Shown here: positions 46,341 to 55,186 of the stretch, one piece after another
Layout of the letters: every line of letters starts with the position of its first letter
How positions within the stretch are numbered: the first letter of the stretch is position 1
Origin: Bacteroidales bacterium
Lineage (GTDB): Bacteria > Bacteroidota > Bacteroidia > Bacteroidales > VadinHA17
Assembly (NCBI GenBank): GCA_030596125.1
Contig: JAUVKT010000005.1
Span: forward strand, 1 to 57,773
DNA: 57,773 nt
Direction: 5' to 3'
Notes under the pieces: model-generated
Told to the model about the DNA's origin: nothing
What the model saw: the letters and a program-made list of their open reading frames with translations, nothing else
Database searches by the model: none
Program-made: the position numbers and the translations under genes

Positions 46341-47636
46341 ATGAACAACAGTAAATTATTTGAATTAATCAGGGAACAGGGCTTACGGATTGCTACCGAT
46401 TCCCGTACGGTTGAAAATGGAGATATCTTTTTTGCTCTTAGGGGAGATAACTTCAATGGTAATGTTTTTGCAAATGAAGCGATTGAAAAAGGGGCTGCTT
46501 TTGCTGTAATTGATGAACCGACCTGTTTAAACGATAAATGTATTTTGGTTGAAGATGTTCTCAGAACTCTTCAGGATATTGCAACACTTCATCGTGATTT
46601 GATTAACTGCCCGGTACTTGCTGTAACAGGAACCAATGGAAAGACCACCACTAAAGAGGTTCTGTCAGTCATAATGGGCCGGAAATTCAATGTGCACTCT
46701 ACTACAGGTAACCTTAATAATCATATAGGTGTGCCACTTACAATTCTTGCAACCCCGGCGAATACAGATTTTATGATAATTGAAATGGGGGCAAACCATA
46801 TTAATGAGATAGATAAGCTGTGCCGGATTGCCAAACCTGATTATGGTTTGATAACCAATATTGGAAAGGCACACCTCGAAGGTTTTGGCTCAGATGAAGG
46901 TGTTATCACTGCTAAAAGTGAGCTATATAATTTTATTGCATTAAACAGGGGTCTTGTTTTTTATAATGAAGAAAATGTATTGCTTGATAACCTTATGAAT
47001 AAATTCGGGATTAAGGGAATTAAGTATATAGGGAGCGTTGATAGTCAAATAAAGATTGAAAAGGTTAACCTTAACCCATGGCTTTGTTTTGAGTTAGAAT
47101 ATAGACATGAAAAATTCAGAGTAGAGACCAAACTGTTTGGATTGTACAACCTTGAGAATATTAAGGCAGCTTTCACAGTTGGATTACATTTCGGAGTAAG
47201 AGTCAGTGTAATGGTTGAGGCTGTTAACTCATATTCTCCTGATAATAACCGGTCGCAGGTGGTTAAAACTTTCGGAAATATGGTTGTGCGTGACGCCTAC
47301 AACGCAAACCCCGTAAGTATGATGGAAGCACTAACTTCATTTATTTTATCAGGTCAGGCACCAAAATCAGTTATTCTTGGGGATATGCTGGAATTGGGAG
47401 CCTATTCAGCAGAGGAACACCGGAAAATTGTTGAAGTGCTTCTGACGACGAAAAATATCTCTGCCTATCTTGTTGGTAACTGTTTTGCTGAAGCTGCCAC
47501 AGGAACAGATATAAAGATTTTTAATACCACTGCTGATATGATCCCGTTTTTGGAAGCTAACCCTATATCAGGGAATTTTATTCTTGTTAAAGGATCAAGG
47601 GGGATTGGCCTTGAGAGTTTATATGACTTGCTGTAA
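46341..47636 (+). CDS. murF: UDP-N-acetylmuramoyl-tripeptide--D-Ala-D-Ala ligase
   Basis: TDSR, F.AL.G.NFNG, TGTNGKTTTKE, NLNNHIGVP, EMGANH, DAYNANP.SM, LGDMLELG and VKGSRG motifs. Confidence 0.97.
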   Translation: MNNSKLFELIREQGLRIATDSRTVENGDIFFALRGDNFNGNVFANEAIEKGAAFAVIDEPTCLNDKCILVEDVLRTLQDIATLHRDLINCPVLAVTGTNGKTTTKEVLSVIMGRKFNVHSTTGNLNNHIGVPLTILATPANTDFMIIEMGANHINEIDKLCRIAKPDYGLITNIGKAHLEGFGSDEGVITAKSELYNFIALNRGLVFYNEENVLLDNLMNKFGIKGIKYIGSVDSQIKIEKVNLNPWLCFELEYRHEKFRVETKLFGLYNLENIKAAFTVGLHFGVRVSVMVEAVNSYSPDNNRSQVVKTFGNMVVRDAYNANPVSMMEALTSFILSGQAPKSVILGDMLELGAYSAEEHRKIVEVLLTTKNISAYLVGNCFAEAATGTDIKIFNTTADMIPFLEANPISGNFILVKGSRGIGLESLYDLL

Positions 47637-47677
47637 TCGATAGTATTTCTGCAGAGGAGATAAAATATATGAAATCC

Positions 47678-48721
47678 CTATAGCGATAGCCCGGTTTTAC
47701 TTTCCGGCCAGATATCTGAAAATGTTTTTTTCCCTTTAAGATAATAGAGCCATACAATGCTTTTTCCCAGGATGAGTTTTCCGGGATTGCTTCTCCTGGA
47801 GCTAAGGATTTTCTCCCTTTTCATATCCAGGGCTTTTTGCTCCCTGTAATAATCTGTATGGGCCCGAACCACCTGTCTGAATGCCTTTATGTTTAGCATA
47901 AGGAGGAACCTTATGGCGGCAATTCCATCCAAAATCTTTCTGACGAATAATTTTTGTCTGAACCCTGCAACGGGCAGGTTCTTATGAAGAAGGTAAAGGT
48001 TATTCCGGAAATTGTAATATATCTTGGCCGGCGAATTGTAATTTAACGTTCCTCCGCCAATATGATAAATGACAGACTGAGGGATATAACAGACCCGATA
48101 TCCCAGTGAATGTATCCTCCAGCACAGATCAATTTCCTCCATATGTGCAAAAAAACTTGTATCAAACCCCAGGGTCTCTCTCCAGACAGAAGAACGGATA
48201 AAGAGTGAAGCTCCACTGGCCCAGAAGATATCAGTTATATCATTATACTGACCATTATCCTCCTCTAAACGATCTAATATGCGTCCCCTGCAGAAAGGGT
48301 AACCATATTTATCAATAAATCCTCCTGCAGCTCCGGCATGCTCGAAAAGAGTTTTGTTACTATGGCTCAGTATTTTTGGCTGGCATGCCGCAACATCCTG
48401 ATTTCGGTCCATAAAACTAATTACCGGTTCAAGCCAATTTTCGGTTACCTCTACATCTGAGTTAAGCAGTACAAAATATTCGGCCTCAATATGGTTCAGA
48501 GCCTCAACGTATCCTTCGGCAAACCCGAGATTCTTACCATTCTGTACTATTTTTACCCCGGGCACCTCTTTCTTAACCCAATTAACTGATTCATCTGTCG
48601 ACCCGTTATCTGCCAGGATTACAGTGCATTCATCGGAAACAGTTTTTTCAACAACTCCCTTAAGGAATAATTTCAGGTAATCAATACCGTTCCAGTTTAA
48701 TATTACTACAGCAGTCTTCAT
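47678..48721 (-). CDS. GT2 family glycosyltransferase
   Basis: VVILNWNG, DNGSTD, LLNSD, FWASGA and FFAHMEEIDLCWR motifs. Confidence 0.92.
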   Translation of the reverse strand: MKTAVVILNWNGIDYLKLFLKGVVEKTVSDECTVILADNGSTDESVNWVKKEVPGVKIVQNGKNLGFAEGYVEALNHIEAEYFVLLNSDVEVTENWLEPVISFMDRNQDVAACQPKILSHSNKTLFEHAGAAGGFIDKYGYPFCRGRILDRLEEDNGQYNDITDIFWASGASLFIRSSVWRETLGFDTSFFAHMEEIDLCWRIHSLGYRVCYIPQSVIYHIGGGTLNYNSPAKIYYNFRNNLYLLHKNLPVAGFRQKLFVRKILDGIAAIRFLLMLNIKAFRQVVRAHTDYYREQKALDMKREKILSSRRSNPGKLILGKSIVWLYYLKGKKTFSDIWPESKTGLSL

Positions 48722-49599
48722 TCTTCAGGGTAACGTTTATGCTTCCATCTTCTATGTGTCCATAGCCAGAGTTCTGGTCTGGCGCGGATATGATCTTCGA
48801 GCTTTTTAACATGAAGGTTGGTTAACTCATTCTCTTTAAGATTGCGGGGATCTTCAGTAATTACATCTATATATAATTCGTAATGACCTCTCTTTATTTT
48901 ATCAATCCTGAAATAGACAACCGGCATATTGAATTTCCTGGCTAATTTTTCTACTCCCAGATATACAGGGGTCTCCTGGTTAAAAAAACTGGTCCAGTAT
49001 TGTATCTCTCCCCTGGGTGGAGTCTGGTCAGTTATAAGGGCTGTAAGTGTGTTTATCCCGTTTTTCATATTCGACAGAATTGCCCTGAGCGTATTGGCCA
49101 TTGGTACCAGTTCCATCTCATGTTTTTGTCTGGCCCTGTTGAAATACCTGTCGAAATATTTGTTGTGCAGAGGTTTGTAAACTCCTATAACCTTATGGTC
49201 AATTACCTTTGGTAGGTCAACTGACCATTCCCAGTTTCCATAATGTCCCAAACAGGCAATAACACTCTTTCCTTCCTGTTTCAGCCTGTTAAGAACTGAG
49301 CAGTCTTTATAAACAAATCTTCTTTCCATTTCCGCATTGCTCATATGTTGAAGTTTTAACGTTTCAATAAACAGATCGGAAAGATGCCTGTAGAATTTTT
49401 TGCTTATAGTTATTATTTCGTTATTGTTTTTTTCAGGAAAAGAGTTACGAAGGTTATTCAAAACTACATTTTTGCGGTAACCGGGGAAATAATATAATGC
49501 CAGGTACAGAATATCCGAAAACAGATAGAGAACCCTTAGGGGCAATAAGGTTATAACCCAATTGAAAATAAAAAAGATGTAGAAAAAGATCGCTTTCAT
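48718..49599 (-). CDS. Lipid A late acyltransferase (LpxL/HtrB family)
   Basis: NL.NSFPE, HYGNWE, DQTP, FFNQ.T and PE.WLW.HRRWK motifs. Confidence 0.9.
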   Translation of the reverse strand: MKAIFFYIFFIFNWVITLLPLRVLYLFSDILYLALYYFPGYRKNVVLNNLRNSFPEKNNNEIITISKKFYRHLSDLFIETLKLQHMSNAEMERRFVYKDCSVLNRLKQEGKSVIACLGHYGNWEWSVDLPKVIDHKVIGVYKPLHNKYFDRYFNRARQKHEMELVPMANTLRAILSNMKNGINTLTALITDQTPPRGEIQYWTSFFNQETPVYLGVEKLARKFNMPVVYFRIDKIKRGHYELYIDVITEDPRNLKENELTNLHVKKLEDHIRARPELWLWTHRRWKHKRYPEE

Positions 49600-49603
49600 T
49601 TCC

Positions 49604-50407
49604 TTATTTCTCAGTGTTCATGATTTTATGTACAATAGAAACGAAGTCGTCGTATACAATCGAATTGGCGGCGACGACTTCTGCTCCAGATAAACCTTTA
49701 CTTACACCCCCGAAATCGGTTACAATGCCACCTGCCTCCCGGATTAATAGTATTCCGGCTGTGATATCCCATGGATTGAGATTGTATTCGAAGAACCCGT
49801 CAAATCGTCCGCATGCAACATAGGCAAGGTCCACTGCAGCAGACCCCATTCTTCTTACGCCATGAGTATTACTGATAAAATATTTCAGGCACTCCAAATA
49901 ATTATTAAGGCGGTTGTAATCTTTATAAGGAAATCCGGTTGCTACCAGCATGTCTCCGATTTCAGATGCTTTTGACACAGATATTCTTTTGTTATTAAGC
50001 CAGGCTCCGCCATTTTTCCATCCATAGAACATCTCGTCCGATGATATTACATAAATAACCCCGGCCAGAATTTCGTCACCGCTTTGGAGACCAATACTTA
50101 TTGAATAGGGCGGAAGCCCGTGCATAAAATTAGTGGTTCCGTCGAGAGGGTCAATTACCCAGAGCATCTTTTCCCCTTCATCAAGTGCAGTTCCCTCTTC
50201 TGTAATAAAACCTGCTTCCGGCAGAATTTTAGCCAGATCTTCTACCAGCCTGTTTTCTGCCATAATATCTACATAAGATACAAAGTCGTGAAGACCTTTG
50301 ATCTTTGCATCGCCAATATTGAATTTACCCGATTCGCTCCTGATAAATTTTCCACACTCATATGCGAGTGCTTTAACCTTTTCGACAATTACCGGAAGTT
50401 GAGTCAT
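49604..50407 (-). CDS. suhB: Inositol monophosphatase family protein (SuhB-like)
   Basis: DFVS..D, EE, WVIDPLDGTTNF, RRMGSAA.DL and L.PWD.AG motifs. Confidence 0.88.
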   Translation of the reverse strand: MTQLPVIVEKVKALAYECGKFIRSESGKFNIGDAKIKGLHDFVSYVDIMAENRLVEDLAKILPEAGFITEEGTALDEGEKMLWVIDPLDGTTNFMHGLPPYSISIGLQSGDEILAGVIYVISSDEMFYGWKNGGAWLNNKRISVSKASEIGDMLVATGFPYKDYNRLNNYLECLKYFISNTHGVRRMGSAAVDLAYVACGRFDGFFEYNLNPWDITAGILLIREAGGIVTDFGGVSKGLSGAEVVAANSIVYDDFVSIVHKIMNTEK

Positions 50408-51711
50408 ATTTTATCCTGTTGAATTTCAAAATTACCATTTTCATTCATTTTGAGTAGTAATACTTCATTGATTTTCCCGGTCAAACTTTTTTTATAGGGT
50501 GTAACTACTCTAAGATAGTTTCCGGTAAACCCGGAGATATAACCCTCCGCTATACTGTTTTCCCACAATACTTCTGTTTTTAATCCAATACATTTTTTGC
50601 TGAAATCTATTCGTTTGGATTCAGATAACCTATGTAAAATTTTACTTCGGTTGTTAATTATCTCCTTTCGCACCTGGCCGGTCATTCCGGCAGCGAGTGT
50701 ATTTGTTCTTGGCGAGAATGAGAAAACATGAAGATATGAGAGATCCATCTCACTCAGGAAATTTAATGTGTCGTTAAATTCTTCATCACTCTCGCCCGGA
50801 AATCCTGTAATTACATCAGCTCCGATTCCTGCATAAGGGATTCTTTTACGGATATAATCAATCCTGTTTGCGAAGATGTCTCTTCGGTATCTTCTTTTCA
50901 TCCTGGCCAGAACCGGATCGGATCCACTCTGTAGTGGTATATGAAAATGTGGCAACAGTTTTTTTTCATTTAATACAAGATCAATAATTTCATCAGTTAA
51001 AAGGTTAGGTTCTATCGATGAGATCCTGTACCTCTCAATACCATCAACCTTCACCAGTTCTTTAAGAAGATCGAAAAAGCTTTCTCCGGTAGTTTGCCCA
51101 AAGTCACCGATATTTACACCTGTAATTACAATCTCTTTTATACCGTGTGACGATATCTCCTTTGCCTCGGATACACAGGCACTAACCTGTTGATTCCTGC
51201 TTTTCCCTCTTGCAAGAGGAATAGTACAATAGGAGCAGATATAATCACATCCGTCCTGAACCTTAAGGAATGATCTTGTCCGGTCACCAAAAGAGTAAGA
51301 TGGTGAAAAGTGTGTGCTATCGGGTTTTTCACATGAATACCCCTTCTCAATTGTATGATCCTCAATCCTCTCTATATAACTTTTCAGGTTAAATCTTTCA
51401 TCTGTTCCAAGTACCAGGTCTACACCGGATATCGATGTAATTTCAACAGGTTTTAGCTGGGCGTAGCACCCTACAACTATAATACAGGCATCGGGAGATT
51501 TCCTGGTTGCTTTTTTTATCGCCTGTCTGCTTTTCTTGTCTGCACTGTCAGTTACTGTACAGGTATTAATTACATATATATCTGCTTTTTCATTAAACGA
51601 CACCTTTTCAAAAGATTCGCTATCAAGTGATCTTGCAATAGCGGATGTTTCTGAAAAATTTAATTTACATCCCAGTGTATAAAAGGCAACTTTTTTTTTA
51701 TCGGCACTCAT
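50404..51711 (-). CDS. mtaB: tRNA t6A37 methylthiotransferase MtaB
   Basis: TLGCKLNFSE, INTCTVT, VGCYAQ, radical SAM KVQDGCDYICSYCTIP, RISSIEP and TRAM domain. Confidence 0.93.
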   Translation of the reverse strand: MSADKKKVAFYTLGCKLNFSETSAIARSLDSESFEKVSFNEKADIYVINTCTVTDSADKKSRQAIKKATRKSPDACIIVVGCYAQLKPVEITSISGVDLVLGTDERFNLKSYIERIEDHTIEKGYSCEKPDSTHFSPSYSFGDRTRSFLKVQDGCDYICSYCTIPLARGKSRNQQVSACVSEAKEISSHGIKEIVITGVNIGDFGQTTGESFFDLLKELVKVDGIERYRISSIEPNLLTDEIIDLVLNEKKLLPHFHIPLQSGSDPVLARMKRRYRRDIFANRIDYIRKRIPYAGIGADVITGFPGESDEEFNDTLNFLSEMDLSYLHVFSFSPRTNTLAAGMTGQVRKEIINNRSKILHRLSESKRIDFSKKCIGLKTEVLWENSIAEGYISGFTGNYLRVVTPYKKSLTGKINEVLLLKMNENGNFEIQQDKI

Positions 51712-51741
51712 AAATGGTAATATCTGTCAGTAAGGTAAAAT

Positions 51742-51822
51742 TGTCTTTGTTGATTCCTGCCTCGCCGGTCTTTGGCGGTACGCAGACAAGAAGTGGAGAT
51801 CACCCACTTCATCGGTCGAAGT
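51742..51822 (-). ncRNA. Structured ncRNA; candidate divergent small SRP (4.5S/ffs) RNA
   Basis: GC-rich intergenic island directly after a TATCTTCG -7-like box (51824-51831). It contains the hairpin GAAGTGG-N7-CCACTTC and CCGCCAAAGACCGGCGAGGCAGGAA, which resembles the SRP domain IV consensus CAGG.CCGGAAGG.AGCA. Boundaries are approximate. Confidence 0.45.
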
Positions 51823-51841
51823 CCGAAGATAATTAATCAGG

Positions 51842-52342
51842 TTAAATTTCTTTAGGTTTAATAAAGTAATAATTATCTGGCTTTTTTCCTGAGATTTCCG
51901 GCCATGTATCGGTATCAAATTGTATAACTGCAACACCGGATGTAGGAAGGAAAGAGGTTCCTCCCTTTGTAAGTTCATATGCTAAATCAGTAATTCCCGG
52001 GTTATGTGCAACAATCAGAACCGAATTAATATTGTCGGGCAGGGAGTAAATGTTATTCAGAAAAGTCTCATCAGAGCAGTGAAAAAATTCTTTCTTAATT
52101 TTAACTATTTCAGTCCCGGTATTTAATGCCCTCGAAAATATCAGTGCGGTATGATTGGCCCTGGCAGCCGGACTGGTTAAAATAATATCAGGTTTAACTC
52201 CTTTATCAATAAGAATTCCGGCTACACGGTATCCGTCATTCACCCCTCTTTCCATTAAGACCCTGTCAATATCCTTTTGAAATGCATCGAGGCTGCATGC
52301 CTTACCGTGCCGTACGAGTATTATCTCTTTTTTCTTTTTCAT
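51842..52342 (-). CDS. SixA-like histidine phosphatase
   Basis: LVRHGKA, D..R.L..RG, SPA.RA..TA and VAHNPGI motifs. Confidence 0.9.
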   Translation of the reverse strand: MKKKKEIILVRHGKACSLDAFQKDIDRVLMERGVNDGYRVAGILIDKGVKPDIILTSPAARANHTALIFSRALNTGTEIVKIKKEFFHCSDETFLNNIYSLPDNINSVLIVAHNPGITDLAYELTKGGTSFLPTSGVAVIQFDTDTWPEISGKKPDNYYFIKPKEI

Positions 52343-52353
52343 TAAAATAATTA

Positions 52354-53688
52354 TTAAAGTATTCTACTGGCCAGTTCTGAGAGGAAACTCCTTTCTCCTT
52401 TTACCAGGTTAACATGTGCAAAAATATCCTGTCCTTTCATTTTATCTGTCAGGTACGATAATCCATTTGACCCTATATCGAGGTAGGGTGAATCGATTTG
52501 CTCAATATCGCCTGTGAATATCAGCTTTGTATCTTCCCCGGCGCGTGTGATTATAGTTTTTATTTCGTGAGGAGTAAGATTTTGTGCTTCATCTACAATA
52601 AAAAAGATGTTCGACAGGCTTCTTCCTCTTATAAAGGCCAGTGGAGTTAAAACAAGTTTCTCCTCTTTAATCATATCATTTATCCTTACAAATTCAGGAC
52701 TTTGATGGCTGAACTTGTGTTTTATCACAGTTAAATTATCAAAAAGTGGCTGCATATAGGGTTCTATTTTCTCCTTCACATCACCTGGCAGATAACCGAG
52801 GTCCCTGTTAGCCAGAGGGACAATAGGCCTTGCAAGAAATATCTGCTTGAACCGGCGGTGCTGCTGAAGAGCTGATGCCAGGGCCAGCAGGGTCTTACCT
52901 GTTCCTGCTTTACCGGTTAATGCAACAAGCTGGATGTCGGGATTTGTAAGGGCTTCAATTGCAAATGTTTGCTCAGCATTACGGGGATCAATTCCATAAG
53001 TGGTCTGTTTCATTATCCTGTTCACAATATTGCTAACCGGATTATAATGAGCGAGAGCACTCGACCCGTTGTTTTTAAGTATATAAAACTGGTGTCCTCC
53101 CCCTTTTGCGATATTTAATCCCATCTCTTCAAGAGGAATCCCTTCAGGCTCATCGTATAACCTGTCAATAGCCTTACTGTTGATATCTTCAATGGTTTCA
53201 ATCCCTTTGTAAAGATCATCAATGTTGGCCACTTTATCGTTTTCGTAGTCCTGAGACATTATCCCAAGCGATTTTGCTTTCATCCTCAGATTTATATCCT
53301 TGGTAATCAGGATAACACTCTCATCTTTCTTATTACTGCAAACATAATCTGCAATGGCGAGAATTCTGTGATCGGCAGTCTTTTCGGGAAAAGATTGATT
53401 AACACTCTCCGAAAACTCTTTCCCGGTTTCTATGAAAAGGGTTCCCAGATTTTTTCCGAGCGGGATACCTTCGCTTAATAAATCATCTCCGGATAATTTA
53501 TCCAGTTCCCGTGTAAATTCGCGTGCATGAAAATTAATCTGATCGTTGCCTTTTTTAAACCGGTCAAGCTCTTCAAGTACTACAATAGGAACTATTACAT
53601 CGTTTTCCTGAAATTTATAAATTGACTGGTAATCGTGGAGCAGAACATTTGTGTCAATAATAAATATCTTTTTTTTCTTTTTAGCCAT
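52354..53688 (-). CDS. PIN-PhoH fusion protein (PhoH2-like)
   Basis: PIN motifs DTNVLLHD, LEELD.FK and KDINLR.KA; PhoH motifs RN.EQ, GKAGTGKT, RGRSL, DEAQN and GD..QID. A -7 box TATTTTTG is at 53735-53742. Confidence 0.93.
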   Translation of the reverse strand: MAKKKKKIFIIDTNVLLHDYQSIYKFQENDVIVPIVVLEELDRFKKGNDQINFHAREFTRELDKLSGDDLLSEGIPLGKNLGTLFIETGKEFSESVNQSFPEKTADHRILAIADYVCSNKKDESVILITKDINLRMKAKSLGIMSQDYENDKVANIDDLYKGIETIEDINSKAIDRLYDEPEGIPLEEMGLNIAKGGGHQFYILKNNGSSALAHYNPVSNIVNRIMKQTTYGIDPRNAEQTFAIEALTNPDIQLVALTGKAGTGKTLLALASALQQHRRFKQIFLARPIVPLANRDLGYLPGDVKEKIEPYMQPLFDNLTVIKHKFSHQSPEFVRINDMIKEEKLVLTPLAFIRGRSLSNIFFIVDEAQNLTPHEIKTIITRAGEDTKLIFTGDIEQIDSPYLDIGSNGLSYLTDKMKGQDIFAHVNLVKGERSFLSELASRIL

Positions 53689-53805
53689 AATCCTTCAGTC
53701 CGTTTTGTCACTTAAAAAATCTCATATAAGATAGCAAAAATATGAGTCTAACTTCTTATAACAAAAGTATATTTTACTTATTTTACAAAATTATTTAACA
53801 TTTAT

Positions 53806-55107
53806 ATGACTTACGAAGAAACAGTTCACTTCCTCTATAGTTCATTGCCTGTATTTCAGCGAGTTGGGAAAGCAGCATATAAGGCTGACCTAATAACTAC
53901 ACGGGCCCTTGATGAACATATGGGAAATCCTCATAACAGGTTTAAGTCAATACATATTGCAGGTACGAACGGAAAGGGCTCTGTTTCTCATATTATTGCG
54001 TCTGTATTAAAGGAGTCTGGTTATAAGACAGGTCTCTATACATCACCGCATCTCAGGGATTTCAGAGAGAGGATTAAGGTGAACGGACTGATGGTTGATA
54101 AAGCTTATGTTGTTGACTTTGTCAAAAACAACCACGATATTATTGACTCATTAAAGCCCTCTTTTTTTGAAATGACCGTGGCAATGGCATTTCGCTACTT
54201 TGCTGATGAGAACGTGGATGTTGCAGTTATCGAGACGGGGATGGGGGGCAGGCTTGACTCTACCAATATTATTACACCTGACCTGTCGGTAATTACAAAT
54301 ATAGGACTCGACCATACCCGGTTTCTGGGTACAACCATCGAACAGATCGCTATTGAAAAGGGTGGGATAATTAAACCTGATATTCCGGTAGTTATAGGAG
54401 AAACAAATCCTTTAACCAGGGATTTGTTTAAAGAAATTGCCGGACAAAACAGAGCCGGGATATGGTTTGCCGATGAAATATGGTCTGTAATTCAGACAGC
54501 TCCCGATCCGGGTTATGGTAAGATGAGGTTGAACCTTTTTAAGGATGATGAAGCAAGGTTCACCAGTATTGTACTCGGACTGGGAGGAAATTATCAGTTG
54601 CAAAATATTCTAACTGCTGTTATGTCGATAGATATTCTCCGGAATAATTTTATAATAAGTGATGATAATATAATTTCAGGACTGAGAGATGTTATTACAA
54701 ATACCGGGTTCGAAGGCCGCTGGCAGGTAATCTCCGAAAGTCCACTGACAATCTGTGATATCGCACATAACTTTGATGGTTTAAAAAACACTTTAGGCCA
54801 GATCTTTACCCTTGGAAAAAAGAGTGTTCACTATATTATTGGTATTGCCGATGACAAGGATGTAGATATGGTATTGTCACTGTTCCCGGAAACTGGTATA
54901 TACTATTTTACACGAGCTGATATTCCAAGAGCACTGGATCCTTATGTCCTGAAAGACCACGCTGCCAGGTATAATCTTAAAGGGAATATTTCCCCCTGTG
55001 TTAAGGATGCATTTGATAGTGCTACTGAGGCTGCAGGCGAAGACGACCTGATATATATTGGAGGAAGTACTTATATAGTTGCTGATTTTTTAAATACTAT
55101 TCAATAG
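53806..55107 (+). CDS. folC: Folylpolyglutamate synthase/dihydrofolate synthase
   Basis: IHIAGTNGKGS, YTSPHL.DFRERI, ETGMGGRLDSTN, IGLDH, GRWQ and D.AHN motifs. Confidence 0.97.
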   Translation: MTYEETVHFLYSSLPVFQRVGKAAYKADLITTRALDEHMGNPHNRFKSIHIAGTNGKGSVSHIIASVLKESGYKTGLYTSPHLRDFRERIKVNGLMVDKAYVVDFVKNNHDIIDSLKPSFFEMTVAMAFRYFADENVDVAVIETGMGGRLDSTNIITPDLSVITNIGLDHTRFLGTTIEQIAIEKGGIIKPDIPVVIGETNPLTRDLFKEIAGQNRAGIWFADEIWSVIQTAPDPGYGKMRLNLFKDDEARFTSIVLGLGGNYQLQNILTAVMSIDILRNNFIISDDNIISGLRDVITNTGFEGRWQVISESPLTICDIAHNFDGLKNTLGQIFTLGKKSVHYIIGIADDKDVDMVLSLFPETGIYYFTRADIPRALDPYVLKDHAARYNLKGNISPCVKDAFDSATEAAGEDDLIYIGGSTYIVADFLNTIQ

Positions 55108-55186
55108 TGTTTTATTTAGTATTCCTGTTCAGCTATTGTTAAATGTATTATATTGGTCTGGAAAACCTGATATTAAATTTTTTAAC

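Noticed and set aside
51742-51822. Hammerhead ribozyme, 5S rRNA or a known riboswitch
   Set aside because: CCGATGA is not followed by a correctly placed GAAA core; too short and lacking conserved 5S sequence; no TPP, cobalamin, SAM or ZTP consensus recognised.
51727-51978. 83-aa minus-strand ORF
   Set aside because: It overlaps the sixA-like gene out of frame and covers the structured RNA candidate.
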